Source: the human T2T-CHM13v2.0 reference genome, Homo sapiens. Taken from it: a stretch of DNA of 64,000 nt. Positions 1 to 14,030 of the stretch are shown here, piece by piece (the first letter of the stretch is position 1; each line of letters starts with the position of its first letter). The position numbers were made by a program, and so were the translations under genes. Under the pieces are notes generated by a model. That model ran no database searches, had not been told where the DNA came from, and saw only the letters and a list, made by a program, of their open reading frames with translations. The stretch lies in NCBI RefSeq assembly GCF_009914755.1, contig NC_060926.1; one strand, 5' to 3'.

Positions 1-571
1 GAGGGAATAAATGTTAAAAGCAGGACAAATGGAGTTATCCAAGACTATAGAATGAATAGAGAGCCTTTCTTACAAAACAAAGTCCACCAAGAAGTCAGTT
101 TTCTCTGTGTAATGCTCAGCCAGTTAAATCTGCAAACTCAGTAGCACAGAGAATGAAACAGTAAGTAGCAGAGAGAATTTACATTACAAAAAAGCAGATC
201 CCTAGCTTTTCAGCAATGCATGTTACTGTTTCTAGTAGACACTTGAAATAAGAGATGACTAAACCTGTAGAGATACTCTTGATGAAATTCGTGCTTTAAC
301 AATTGCAAACACAAGAGACAGAAAATTTTCTAATAGGTCTAATTTTTCTAACAAACAGAATTGAATAGTCCATTAGCACACCAGGGAATGATACAACTAT
401 CAGACATCAGCAAAAGAGAGAAACTGGAGCTGTATTGTAGTGTCTGTGATTAAACCAGTTGCCTTTCTTGTGATAATGTTCAAGTAAGTTACATCAAATT
501 ATTTATTACTCAATTGTTTCATGCCTAAGTGAGTTAAACTAGGATGATACAATCGTCAAGAAGGCAGATAT

Positions 572-1574
572 TGTGGTGGACTGAATAGTAGCCCGCCAAA
601 GATGTCTATCCCCTAATCCCTTGTGAATATGTTAACATTACATGGCCAATGGGACTCCACAGATGTGACTAACTTTTAAGGGCCTTGAAACTAGAAGAGT
701 GTATTAGTCTGCTCAGGCTGCCATAACAAGATACCACAGACTGTGTGGCTTAAACAACAGAAATTTATTTTTTCACAATTGGAGGCTAGAGGCCCAAGAT
801 CAGAGTCCATCAGGGTTGGGATATGGTGAGGCTTCCTTTCCTGGCTTGTAGACACTACTTTCTCACTATGCACACGTGCAAAGATAGAGAGAGATCTGTG
901 GTAGCTCTTGCCCCTCTTATGAAGACACCAGTCCTATCAGATCAAGGCCCCACTCTTATGGCCTCACTTGACCTTAATTACTTCCTTAAAGGCCCTACCT
1001 CTGAATACATTCACATTTGGAAGTTAGGGCATCAACATACAAATTTTGAGTGGGGAGACATAATTCAGTTCATGACAAACAGTAGTCTGAATCATCCAGG
1101 TGGGACCAATCTAATCACATGAGTCCTTAAAAGCAGAAACTCTTCTATGGTTAAAGTCAGAGAAACTCGGTGAAAGAAAAAGCAAGAGAAATTTGAAGAG
1201 GGAGAAGAATTCAACATACTGTTGCTGGCTTTGAAGACACAGGGGGCCACAGACCAGAGAATACAGGTCGCCTATTTGAAGTTAAGAACATCCTGGTCAG
1301 TGGCCAGCAAGTAAACAGGAGCTCCGTCCTTCACCACAGGACACTGCATTCTATAATACCAACAAGCCGAATTAGCCCAGAATCAAGTTGTCTCCCAGAG
1401 CCTCCAGAAAGGAGCATACTTGCTAATACCTTGATTTCAGTTTTTAAGACTCAGATAGAAAAACCAGCTGAACCCACTGGATTTTTAATGTATAGAATTG
1501 TGAGATAAATTTGTGTTGCCAAAAGTTGCAATGTTTTGGGCAACTTTTTATGGCAGCCATAGAAAACTAATACA
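572..1574 (+). mobile_element. MaLR solo LTR (MLT1D/E-like), interrupted by an MLT1A-type LTR
   Basis: Begins TGTGGTGGACTGAATAG...AAAGATGTC and ends GCAGCCATAGAAAACTAATACA, typical MLT1 termini; near-matching 5-bp flanks GATAT/AATAT. Confidence 0.8.
700..1077 (-). mobile_element. MaLR solo LTR (MLT1A/A0-like) nested in MLT1D/E
   Basis: TGTATTAGTCTGCTCAGGCTGCCATAACAAGATACCACAGACTG...GGAGACATAATTCAGTTCATGACA; 5-bp flanks AAGAG/AACAG. Confidence 0.85.
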
Positions 1575-1579
1575 AATAT

Positions 1580-2750
1580 GATCTCATCCCTCCTGGAGCT
1601 TATATTCCAGAGGGCTAAATAACAATCATGTAAGCTGACAAATGAGTAAAATAATTGCCAAGTGTAGTAAAATAATTGACCTGTGAGAAATAAGCAAATA
1701 GATGAAGCAGAGAATAGCACAGGGGACCTAGATACTAAGAGCTGTTGGTAAAAGTGATATTTAAGCCAACTAAAAGGAAGAGAAGGAGCTGGCTGCTCAA
1801 AGATGCAGAACAAGAGCATCCCATGCAGAGGGGACAGATATGCAAAGACCTTGAGGTGTGAAAGGGCTCAAGGTGTTCAAGAAACTGAAAGATGACCAGT
1901 GGTGTTGAGCGTAGAAAGGGCAGAACTTAAAAGAATGAGGCTGTAAAGATAGGCTGAGCAGAGAGCACGCAGTGCTTTATAGAACATGATTAGAAATTTG
2001 GGTTTCATTCTAAGAACAGTAGGAAATCCTTGCAAGCTTTTAAGCAGAAAAGTGCTAAAAGGGTGGGATTCTGAAACAGAAAAATGACATCAGTAGAAAA
2101 ATTGAATAACTTCAAAAAATGTCCTTGGTTTAGTTAATAGTATATCATCAGCATTAATTTCTTAGTTTTGATAATTGCACCATAATTATCTAAGGTGTTA
2201 ACATTCAAGAAAGCTGAGTGATCGATTTAAGGAAACTCTCTGTACCATTTTTGCAACTCTTCAGTAGCCTAAAACTATTTTAAAATAAAAAGTTAGAGAG
2301 GAAAAAAAAATGTCATGACCCACTTTTTAATTTAGGAAGATTATTCTTACTTCTCAGCTGGAGCATGAGCCATAGAAGCACAAGAGTGAGAGGGTGAATA
2401 CCAGTTAGGAAACTGACTCTGTAATTCAAGTGAGGGATAGTGGATCAGAGAACCTGATAAGGGACAACTTTTCAAATTCCATTTTTGAAGTAGAATCCCC
2501 AGGACTTGACGATGAATGCATGTGTGCATGCTCAGACCTGTTGCTGGGCTGAGAGGTAGGAGGTGGGTAGCAAAGGAATGGGATAAATGAAATTCTAGGT
2601 TTCTGTGATCTCGCTTACTAATGGGAAGATTGCAGAGTGTGAGGAGAAAGGAATATAAATTTTTAAGGTCAATAGGCCTCTAAGTGAAGATATTAAGTAA
2701 GCTGAAACTCAGAGGCAAGATCTGGGCTGAAGATGACTCCAGGTAGCTGA
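1580..2750 (-). mobile_element. L2 LINE fragments, interrupted by an L1M 3' end
   Basis: CCCTCCTGGAGCTTATATTCCAG, GCAGAGGGGACAGATATGCAAAGACCTTGAGG and similar L2 antisense motifs; boundaries approximate. Confidence 0.6.
2060..2310 (+). mobile_element. old L1M (MC/ME-type) 3' end
   Basis: GGAAACTCTCTGTACCATTTTTGCAACTCTTC...AAAATAAAAAGTT followed by an A-tract. Confidence 0.65.
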
Positions 2751-5399
2751 AAGCAGAAACATGATGTTTATATGCTGCTCTCTTGTGGGAGGAGTTAAGA
2801 GCCATCTACTTATGAATAATCAGGAAAGGCAATGTCCAGGAAAGAACCTTGTAATGTAGAGCAGCAGATCAGTGCTAGAAGGTAGAAGACTGTCCACCAG
2901 AAAAAAGATGCTTTTACATTTTCACTGAGCTGGTTTCCTCTTTTCTTTCTTGGTAAAGGTCTTATCAGAAATGCTGTCATACCCAGTTCTGCTCAGCAGA
3001 ATCATAAAAGGGAATTGTTTGTTTATTCTTGAGCCATGGTAGAATGAGAGGAGCTGTAATAGGTGAGCGAAGATTATGGGCCATCTTTGAAAAGACTCTG
3101 GGACAGAAAATTTGTCAGTGTTTTGAGCCAGGGGCTTCTCTTTTCAGTGATTACTTCTAAAGTATGTATATATATATATTCTTACATCTGTCTATATATT
3201 TATATTTATACCTATTTATAATATATATACACATTTATATCTATAGCTAGATAAATCAAGCCAGCCATTTCTTCATACAAGATGTGCTAGCACAGAAGTT
3301 GTGGCATCTGATAATCACTGGTGGATTTCTTAGTAAAAAATCCATAAAGAAATTTCTGAGCAGCCTATTTGAATTTAAAGTGCAAAAAATGTTATATTAT
3401 TTCCCTAAATTGAGATGCTAAGGTTGGATGCTTCCTAATGAAACTTTGATAAGGTATCACCTAAGATGACAGCCACATGGAAGAATAGACAAATATCTAC
3501 ATCTAACAGATTTATAACGTATCTATCCAAGGGTCGAAGAAAATTCCCCTCATTACTTCTTTTCTTAGAATATTTGCATAGCATTTCCACTTCATTGATC
3601 TCTTGTCCAGACTTGCAGTGTTCAATTCCTTTCTCTCTAAGAGCCATCCAGAGTCCAGATACAAAACCTGGACACCATCTCTGTGTCACTTGAATTATGC
3701 TGCAAAATGGATGGTCTGACCTTATGGGTTAGTTTGTTCAATTGATGTAACAGAAATACACATTTCTTTTAATTAAAAAACTGTTTAGATTTTAGATATG
3801 TTTCATAATGTAATATGCAACAAATGTTATCTTCTTAGATGTAATAAATACATAAGTATTATTACAGAAAGAACAATTTGATTTCATTGGGACGAATTCA
3901 ATTTTGTTTTTAAAATGGAAATTTTTTATCCAAGTAAATTTGTGTTTATCCCATTTGATTCAGAAACTAAGACAGGGTGTCATTTTCTACATAGGTTCTC
4001 TAGTTTCCACTTGAATCTACTGAATAATATAGAGTCAAGGAACATTAGATTACAACCCCCAAGTCACAACTCTAAGAGCTGGCATCTGACTTTCCCAGTA
4101 CTGCGCTAAGCTCCATGTGAGAGCTACAGATGCTAGCATTGTCCCATTCTCTCCAGATGCTACTGATGTTGCTATCCTTTACAGGCCACTCCCCATTTTC
4201 CCTGAGCATGGCCAAGTTTTCCACTGTTGGGCAATATGCCCAACCCCAGCCATCTACTACTCCAGGGCCTACTGTTCATTTGCTGTTGACCTCAGCTGCA
4301 TGGGCAGATAATAATGTCTAGGCATAGACTGCCTTTCATAAGGCAGTTACTTCAGTGTTGCAGTCCAGATGAAAAAAAAGAAACAGAAAACCTCTGTATT
4401 AGCTACAGAGTTGTTGGCATTACCCGCTGAGTTCATTGAGATGAGCTCCCAGACCAAGTTGACCCTTCAAGGAAAGAGCGAGATATCCCATGAAGCAATT
4501 GTTTAAACCACTTAGTGGAACTCCATTCTTTAAGAGGATCACCTGGTGGTTGACATCACTTCCTTGCTTTAAAGCATTACGATTTTCTGTGTTTTAACTT
4601 GGTTATCTTTTTACAGGCTGAACCCCCTGCTGAATTCTTCAGACATACACCACTCACCCCAGCATACTCTCTCTGGCAGTGGGTAAATGGCAAATAAAAA
4701 GGTTCCCTCCATCAAGTCAATTGAGGAGGGCAGGTGGCAGGGTACCCAAGGATGCTTTTGCTCTCCATGCCGCTTAATGTCTCTAAGATCAAACACAAAG
4801 ATCATGGGAGGAACAGGTGATCAGCGGGCAACAATAGATGACTGTACTAGGTTCTGGATGGGTTGTGCAACTCAGACAAAATGGATGGCCCCATTTAAAA
4901 CGACTTCAGAAGTATCAAAGGAGGTCTCTGTAGTTACCGTATGTGCCTTCAGACTCGAACATTATTTTCGAATCCTGCTGGTGCTACTATTGCAGAGTGA
5001 GAAGGAAATATGAAAAAGGCTTTCTCTTCATTCAGATTTCTTCCACAGATGCTTTTTCCAAAAAGAAATGCAAACTTTATATGTGAGTTTTGGAATGAGG
5101 CTGAGATAGTGTACCCCCATTCACAGAAATGTTTGTGGGATGCAAGAAAATAGGCATGCTGTGCCCAGCAGGTTTTCACCAAAAAAAATTTCAGACAATT
5201 TTTCCATTACTCGTCAGGGAAGTTGTGTCCCATTACTCTACCCCTACCCCCCAGAGAAATGGTAATCTTTGTTCTAGGATTATTTGTCAACTCGTTTTAT
5301 TATGTAATGGAAATACAAGTAGCTCTCTACACATATATTTGACTTTCATAAGAGTCAAAATGAAACCAAAATTTATCCCAACATTTTATAGGGCAAATG

Positions 5400-7069
5400 T
5401 TGCTTTGTTTTGTTTTTTAAGTATTAGTGTTTTTAACTAATATTATAAAAATTCAAACAGTGCAAGGGACATCAATTTTGTCTCCTTCTCACTCTAAATT
5501 TCCAGTTTCCTCATTCTCTCTCTCTCAGAAACAACCGCTACTCCTGGTTTCAATGTAATCGTTCAGAGTTAGTTTGCACATTTACAAAGATTTCTATATG
5601 TGTTTTTATATATTTGTCGTTCTTAAATTTTTTACTCAACCGAGTATATAACATCCATGCTGTTCTATTCCTTGCTTTTTCAACCTACTTCTTGGAAATG
5701 TCTACATAAAGGTATATATATATGTCTACTTCGTTCTTTTTAATGGCAACATTTCATTCTATAATATGTACACTCCAAAATGTACTTGTTCTATCTCCTT
5801 TGGTTGATATTTGCATGGTTTTCTCTTGTTTCTGTTAAAAACAATGCAACAATAAATACTATATAGTATTAGTATTAGTATATATATTTTACTAATATAT
5901 AAAACTCTATGGTTACCTAAATATAGAATTTTTGCACACATGTTTAAATATATCTGTAAAATCATTTTCTCAAATGGAAATTTTAGAGGAAAATATCTGC
6001 AGATGTTTTGACAGATATTACTGCATTGCTTTCCTAACAATTGGTACCAATGTAAGCAATCACCAGTAATGTATAACATAACCTATTTCCCATAAATAGT
6101 TGTCAACACATGTACACTTAAACTTAATTTTCCTTGTCTAATTGAAAGGTTAAAAGATGCTATATATCTTTAAACATACCTTGCATTAATTATAAAAGAG
6201 GCTGAGTTGGTTTCCATGCATTTAATGTCTTTTCTGGGAACTGACATTTCTTATCTGTTGATTTGGAATGTCACCTACATGTTATGTTGAGCCATATATA
6301 ATTACCATTTTTATAAGGAAGCAGACATGAAAATTAGTAATTTTATATAGTGTAACTCAGATAGATATATAGGTAGACAGAGTATATATAGCTGCATCAA
6401 AAATTTAATTAATATGGCTTAAAAATACATAATGACATGCCTTATTATTCATCTTTTTCAGAAATATCTCAGCCATTCTTGAATGTTATTTTTCTACCTA
6501 TAAAGATATCATCTTTTTCCAAACAAATTAATATGCCATTTAAAAATTTGTATTTAATTTCATTGATAGTCTAATTTAGGAATAATCAATATCTTTACAT
6601 GATTGCCTTTTTTTATCCTTATCTTCTGGTATACAAAAGTCTACTTTTGTAAAAATGTCAAATCCTTGATATCTTGGTACACACTTAGTTTTTATTTCAT
6701 ATAGGTCTTGTGTATTTTTATTAATTTTATTTCTGGTATTTTATAAATATTAATATTATAATAAGATTTTTTTCTTTTATTATATCTTCTAATCTGGGGT
6801 CTTTTGAGAAAATATTAATTTTTGAATATCAATTTTATAATCTAATACATAATTAAATTTTAAATTATTTTTAATACTTTTTAGTTAATTTCATTGAGTT
6901 TCCAAATATATAAGCATACCATCTGCATATAACCATAATATTTTATACCTCTCTTTTTCTTACATCAAATTGTATCAGCTAGTATTTACAAAACTAATAG
7001 TCTGTTGTTAAGCAAAATCCTGGTTTCTGATTTTATATATATGTATGTATATATACACATATATTTATG

Positions 7070-7115
<46 letters not shown>

Positions 7116-7700
7116 TATTGAGAGTTTATCTATTTCTATTAAATTTGGTTAATAATTTTTATGCAATATACTTGTTAAATTTTATCAAACACAATTTTAA
7201 AATACCTTTCACAGATAGTGAAAGGCATACATGTTTTTTCTCCTTTGATATCTATTAACAACTAATTTTATTAATGGGTTTACTAAAAGTGAACCATCCT
7301 TGCATTCCAGATACAATTGCTCTTCACTGTGGTGTAGTCTTCTTTCATGTGTTACTGAATTCCATTTGCTAATGTAATTTTTTAGTTCAATTTTTATATC
7401 AATATTCATAAGTAAAATTGGCTTGTAGCTTTATGCAATATTATCTGTGCAACACTGGCCTCAGGCATAAAGAAATGAAAATTATCTATCTCTTTCAGGG
7501 ATCTAGAATAATTTAGGCAACTTCAAGTGATCTGATCTTTGAAGATGAGCAGAATTTCCCTTTGAAATTGTCTGGGTCTGGTGTTTTGGGGAAGAGCAGA
7601 GAAGCTCTTTGGCAAAATTTTTGTTTTTGCTAAGATGCTTAATATATTTCATTTCCTCTTACATATTTTATTTTAACCTTTTTCTATATAACTTTAAAGT
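5400..7700 (-). mobile_element. highly diverged L1M(E) antisense fragments
   Basis: T-rich, with L1 antisense motifs such as TGAACCATCCTTGCATTCCAG and GAAATTGTCTGGGTCTGGTG; boundaries approximate. Confidence 0.55.
7072..7115. repeat. (TA)n(CA)n compound microsatellite
   Basis: Direct reading: ~15 TA units followed by ~7 CA units. Confidence 0.95.
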
Positions 7701-10700
7701 ATATTTATGTTTTCCCAGTTTTTCAATGAAGTAGATTATTGAGAATAGAATATAATAACACTATGAATATATTTTAATCGATTATGTGAAGAAAGTCTAC
7801 AGTGAATCATCAATTTTTGACAAATATCTTTGTATTTATCTCTGTAATTTCTGCAGTTTCTAGACATCAATAATGGGCAGAATCACAAGACAATATGGTA
7901 AATTTGTGTGTTTATGTATTGTATGGGTAACGTGTCTAACAGGGCTTCTGACTAAGCATTTCTATCAATAATGGATTTCAATTCACTGCTACATATTTCA
8001 AGAAATCTCAAAGTTGAAAGGTACATGCAAAATTGTTTATTATAGTCTTATTGTTTTATAAATAGAGAAATTCTGAAAGGTAGGCAATTTTCCCAAGTTT
8101 TCAAGGCTAATAAAAAGTTTAGCTAGAACTGAAGACCACACCTGAGAATCCTAAGATTATTTTCACTCGACTATATTGCTTTATTTCCTCAAACAGCATG
8201 AAGAATCGTGAAATGGCTAATTTAAATTCTATAATTTATAGTTTAAAGGTATATAAGGGTTTTAAGTTAGTATGACTCCTTCAAATAAAAAATACTGTCA
8301 GTAAGTTAGAAGATTTTAAAAATTTTTTCTTCAATATATCAATATAAGTAACTACATTAAAAAATAATTTGTGTACATTATAGTTAAGATAGATTCATAA
8401 TAACTGACAATTGACTTTAACCAATCATTTGTAATGGCTAAAAAAGAGAATAATCTTAGTTGTCAAAATTCATGCAATAACTTTCTTTTCTATTATCATT
8501 CTCTTTTTTGAGCCATTATGGTTGGTATTGGGTTAGGTAAAGTAAGAAACATACAGCTGCGGTTTCATAGGTACAGAGAGCTCAGAATTCTGTGAGAATT
8601 GAGTGATGAGCCACTCATTCCTGCCATAGCTTGAGGTAGTCATAAGAATATTTTATAAGCCAACCTTCACCAGCATCTTTCTTGGTAACTACCTGCATCA
8701 TATAACAGCTGGGAAGTGTGTGAGGGTGGGGGAAAGATACGGAAGAGACTGACTCAAGAAGATTCTGATCCTATCTTTTCAGATCTCGAATCTTTTTAAT
8801 ATTTTAAATATGCCATAGCTAAATGTCTCTATGCCCCATATCAAACATTAAATTCAGAATGATCAGAATGAGCCACATAGGACAAATAAGCCTTCTTCAC
8901 TTTCTTATTTCACCTACACTCATGTGTGGCTCTAAGTAATACTGAAGCAGGAGAACATTCTCAGGGACATGCTCATGCTGTCAGCTGTGACTGAAAAATC
9001 TATAGAACTGGCAATTATAGAAATTTTCCTTTACAAAACTTCAGTTCCTGGAGGAAGACATACTTGTATTTTTCTGCCTGTTTGTGTTATTTACCACTTT
9101 CTAATTAATATAAATTTCTGTCTGAATAATACAATTCCTCAAGCGTGAAGTTATCTGACTTTATTACTTCAGTTACAAAGCTTGGTTATTGCATGGTGGA
9201 CAGTATAGTAAATCTTACCATGATTTAGCACTAAAGTTTGATAAAGAAGAAAGTTCCCAAAACATGAATGATTGCAAAAAAGGCATTGCATTCCTCCAGG
9301 CCTCTGTCCCCTCACCTGTGAAAAGAAAGAGGTGGCCAAATTAACTTGATGAAACATAACTGTCAGTTGCTGAAATGCGACTGAAACTCAGGAATTTGCT
9401 TTTTTGCTTATGTCTCTTCTGAGATTGTAGGTTTCATGTAGGAAGAAGGTGAGAAAGAATAGTCCTAGATAAATAAATGATTCTCAACTGATTACTAGAT
9501 CTAAAAGGGATCCATTATTGAATAATGCAGCAAGAATGTCCCAAATATTCACCAATAGTTTTGCAGCCTTATTCCCTGATAACAGAAAGTTATCTTTAAC
9601 CTCTTCCCACTACATTTATCCCTTCACTATGGGACAACAACTGAGACTAGATTCTATTCAGACCAGCACAAGTTTGGAAATTTCTCTTTACTTTCTCTCC
9701 AGATGCCCAGATGTAAGAGTGTGTGGTAGGGGAAGAAACATTTATTTTTACCTTCATATCCTCCATTCCTAAATATTAAATACCATCCTTGTTATAAAAT
9801 GTAAAAGCCAACACGAATTATAGATTTATTTGGATTTTAGGAGACTAACTAGAGACGATCACTTCCATGGCAAGGGAGGATATTTGTGTATTGTAATATA
9901 CAGAACTGTAAGTGCACTCAACATTTGTTCTGTGGTGTTGTTTTTCATTAACCAGTTAGACAGGGAATGCTAATGATGTGTTGGGGGAAGATGTCAATAT
10001 TCATGATGCTGCTGGAAATGTATATAAAATGTGGTTTCCATTACTCCCCACTGGGAGCAATAAGTAATGCTGTGTACAAGGGAAGGACAGCTTGTTCATG
10101 AATATGAGCACAGCAGCAAATTGTATGGCAAGGCAAAACTCCCAGGATTTTATGACTCTTAACGATTCCAGCCCTCAAGTGTCACTATCTGTGACTTGGC
10201 TGTGAGTAATGAGACGCTGCCTTGCCTTTGTCCAAATTTTACTGGGAGCATTGAAAGGCACGTTGCGTACCACCTATTGCCATCATGCACTGGAAATCTC
10301 TAGGATGCCATGTCAGGCAGGAAAATGCTGTTGGTGATCTCAAAATTATTGCCAATTGCTGGGATAAAATTGTTGTTAGAGTCACATTCCCATTCCTTCA
10401 TTCAGCAAGGTGAAAAACAGCTCATTGTTTATACACCCTACAGTGATGAATTATGAAGACATTCTAATGGAAAGTTTGCCATGGAAACTGCCAGTAAAAT
10501 GTGGCTAAGAGACATCAAATTACAGAAGGTACCTTTCAATAATTAGAAGTGTTTATGAACTAGGTACATGGTGAGAGCCATGTACATATAAAACAAGAGG
10601 TAAAAATATTCTCAAATTAAATCTCCACAGTAGGAGAAATAAGGGGCTAAGGCAGAGACTGCATTTTGGAAGAAGATGTTCTGTACTATGCTAAAATGCT

Positions 10701-10964
10701 TTCTGGTATTGTTACATTGGTATTTTTAAATAGTAATAATGCTTTTACTTTTATTTTTTCTAATGGGAAGTATAATCATGTATTTTATTTAGAAAACCTT
10801 AAATATTAAAAGCCATAAAAGAAGTGGGGGGAATTAATGTTTTTTATGCAAAGTGGCATTCTAAAATGTGTGGTGTATTAGGTAACCTGGAGGTGCCACT
10901 ACAATGCAGCCTGTATTTTTGCCTAGATCACAGTGGCAAATGTTAACTGAAGTAGGAATGTGAA

Positions 10965-11110
10965 GATAGGAATCCAGTTTTGCCACTGTGAGCTGTGTGA
11001 TCCTGGGCAATTTATTACATCTTGAGGCACAGTTCTCATTATCTAAAGACTGGGCACAAAGATCTCTGCACCACTTACCTCATAAATGGGTGAGGAGAAA
11101 GATGAAAGGA
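10965..11110 (+). mobile_element. MIR SINE
   Basis: MIR core GCTGTGTGATCCTGGGCAATTTATTAC...CAGTTCTCATTATCTAAAG. Confidence 0.7.
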
Positions 11111-11164
11111 AATTATTATCGAAGTGTTTTGATTAAAATATACTGGAGTAAGCAGAATGATAAT

Positions 11165-11925
11165 GATTCGTTCATTTATTCAACAAACATTTTACTACAT
11201 CCCTAATGTATTACGGGCGCTACTTTGGGCGCAAGAAATTCAGTAGTTAACAAACACTTCTTGCCCTTATGATCTTACATCTTTATGTAGATGAAAAAAC
11301 AGACAAATTGGCTCATATATAATATAATCTTAGGTAGTCACAAATGATAAGAAAATAGTAAAGCAGCAGAAGAAAATAAGAGAGTGATTGTATTTGTGTG
11401 CAGAAACTTCTGGATAAGTTGTCAGTGCAGACTTTTCTGATGAAGTGTGATTTGAGTAGAGTCTTAATTACTTGAGAGATGAAACCTGTGAAGATTTGGG
11501 GCCTAAGAAATAATAGTTAAAGGAGCAGCAAGTAAAAGGAACTGAAGAACGAACATATTTTATGTGTCTGAGCAGCAGCAAAGTGGCCGGGGGAGTTGAA
11601 GCAAGGTGAGAAGAGTAGCAGGGAGAATACTCATCAATGACACTGGGAAGGCAGCCAGGGCAGATCATGTGTGGGGCCGTCACAGTGACCTAGGATGGCA
11701 TTTCAGGGGCAATGGGAAACTACTGGAAATTGTGAGCAATGGAAGCCCAGGCCCTGATTTCTGCTTTAAAGTGATGATTTTGGCTGTCATACTGTGGCCA
11801 GCAAGAGTGATAATGGAGGCTTCTGCAATAGTCCAGTTCATAGATGATAGTGACTTGGACTAAGGTAGATGCAGTGGAAACAACGAATTTGGGATACTTT
11901 TGAAGGTGGAACCTAATGAGTTGTG
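11165..11925 (-). mobile_element. L2 LINE 3' end
   Basis: TTCATTTATTCAACAAACATTT (reverse of the L2 tail) followed by L2 body motifs. Confidence 0.7.
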
Positions 11926-13127
11926 AGATAAATTTCTTATAGTTGGTACAGTAGACCTTTGAGTGTTGGCAGGGCTACTGTACCAACTGGAAGTATGGGA
12001 AACAGTGAGCCTTTATATTTCTGGGCTCCTCTGACCATGTGGATGCCTCAATCTCACATTGTTTTGAACCGAATTTAGTGTACCTCAGGGAAGAACTAGG
12101 GAAGGAATGGGCAGCTGCATCTACTCTCTTGCCATCTTGACCTTGTCTACCCTCTGCATAATATGTTTGCTGCTTGGTAAGAAACCACAGTGAAAGCAGC
12201 CCAAGCTCCAATTCAATAGATAATACAATATATTTTCTTGGTGAAAAAATATACGCAAGGAAATTAGCTGAGAATAAGGTGCTGGAGAGCCTGTTTTGAA
12301 CATTAAAGTGCGAAGAGGTACAAAATAGTTATACTGGAGAGTGGGAAAGTAAATTGACTATGGAAATGTAGTGAGACTAATAAGCACAATAAAGACCAGC
12401 TTGAAATTAGTGTTGATTATGTAACATTAGGCCAGGTAGCATGGCTGTGTGTTCTTCATATCCATGTACATCTGTTGCATGCCAGGACCACTGTAGTTAG
12501 AGAGCTGAATGTAACCACCTTAGGGTTTTTTCAGGAAGTATGATGCAAGAGAAAGGAAGGTGAAGAGCCATGGACTATAAATTGGATGAGCAGGCACGAG
12601 GGTGGTAAAGGACACCGAGAAGGTGGCTGGTTCCATAGATGGAAGGACTTCAGAGTGGGCAGACAAGAGGGACGATTCTAGAAAGATAGAAAGTGGTCAG
12701 AGATTGAATCCTTGAAATTAGTGATGGCATTATTTGTAATCAGCCAGGTTTTATGTACGGCCCTGGGAATGGGTGGCTATATAGACCGGGTAGCTTCAAG
12801 TATTTTTGGCTCATGATTGATTCTAGCTGGTGGTGTCATATAAACTTTGAGACTCTAAATTCTTTGCAGAGCATTTTTATTTGTATGTGTGCTTTCTTTA
12901 TTAACCATGTGTTAAGTCTGGAGTGTCTAGAATATTTCATCTAAAAAGATGAAAGAATGGGACAAATTCTTTTTCTGAAAACCTCATAAAAGATATAGAT
13001 TGTTTAGGGTCTTTCTGACACGTCAGCCCTCAAGTATAAAAACACTTTTTCCTTGAACTTGAAATTTCATGCTCTAAGATGAAGTGTTCGTTGTAGACCT
13101 TAAATTATTTCATATCCATTTTTTTCC

Positions 13128-13200
13128 TTCTCCTCCCCATCTCCTCCTCCTCCTCTTCATCTTCCTCCTCCCTCCCTTTCTCTCATTTTCTTTCTTTTTG
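13128..13200. repeat. (CCT)n / pyrimidine-rich low complexity
   Basis: CTCCTCCTCCTCCTCTTCATCTTCCTCCTCCC. Confidence 0.85.
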
Positions 13201-13537
13201 TTTCCAAATAAAGAGGTAAACATAGATAAATATGAATACATAAATCAGAAGGTAGATAAACAGATAAATAAAATGTCTTTGCACTCATATTTAACTGAAA
13301 TCCACTATGAATCAAACTGCATCACTGCTGGATAGTAGCAAGGTTGTTTTTTTTTTTTTTTTAGCATCAAAAGGAATTACATATCCACGAAACAAATACA
13401 TTCCTAAGGCCTATGAGAGATCAGACTGTAGGTCCATAACTCCCAGAAATTTATGAAATAGATGTGGAAGACAGAATATTAAACAAGTGGCCTTGTGTTG
13501 TAGATAAAGACAAATTAGCGTAAAAGATATGACTGTA

Positions 13538-13755
13538 CAGCCTGGGCAACATAAAAAGACCCCATTTCTAAAAAAGAAAATAATAATAGAAAAAAATTAC
13601 TGGAGTGTGATGATGTTTATCTGTAGTCCCAGCTACTCTGGGGGCTGAGATAGGAATACCACTTGAGCCCTGGAGGTCCAAGCTGAAGTGTACCATGACT
13701 GTGTCTCTGCACTTCAGCCTGGGCAACAGAGCAAGACTATGTTTCCCCAAAAAAT
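13538..13755 (+). mobile_element. 5'-truncated AluJ-type SINE
   Basis: CAGCCTGGGCAACATA...CTGTAGTCCCAGCTACTC...CACTTGAGCCCTGGAGG...GCCTGGGCAACAGAGCAAGAC. Confidence 0.85.
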
Positions 13756-13779
13756 ACATGATTATATGGTAATGTGACT

Positions 13780-14030
13780 TAATATTTTTTAACCAAATGC
13801 ACCAGAGCTTACACACCAAAAATGAAAGCTTCACCCCTTCAAAATAGCCACCTAGGAAAGTTATGTAATTATTCCAGTGATGTTGATATTGCTGTAGACA
13901 TTTTGTGAGCCACTCTTCTGGGCTTATTTTAACTTTATTTTGAATATGTTTAAATGGTGCTGAATTACACTTTGGAAAGAAGATTTGGCCACAGGAGGCA
14001 ACTTAAGGTAATTTGGAGCTGAAGTCAGCA
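13780..14030. mobile_element. MARNA-like Tc1/mariner DNA transposon remnant
   Basis: CCCCTTCAAAATAGCCACCTAGGAAAG...TTATTCCAGTGATGTTGATATTGCT resembles the recalled MARNA consensus. Confidence 0.55.

Noticed and set aside
1108-1118. DUX4-like motif in MaLR LTRs (CAATCTAATCA; also degenerate copies in the THE1 LTRs)
   Set aside because: All copies mismatch the TAAYYBAATCA consensus, so there is no functional support
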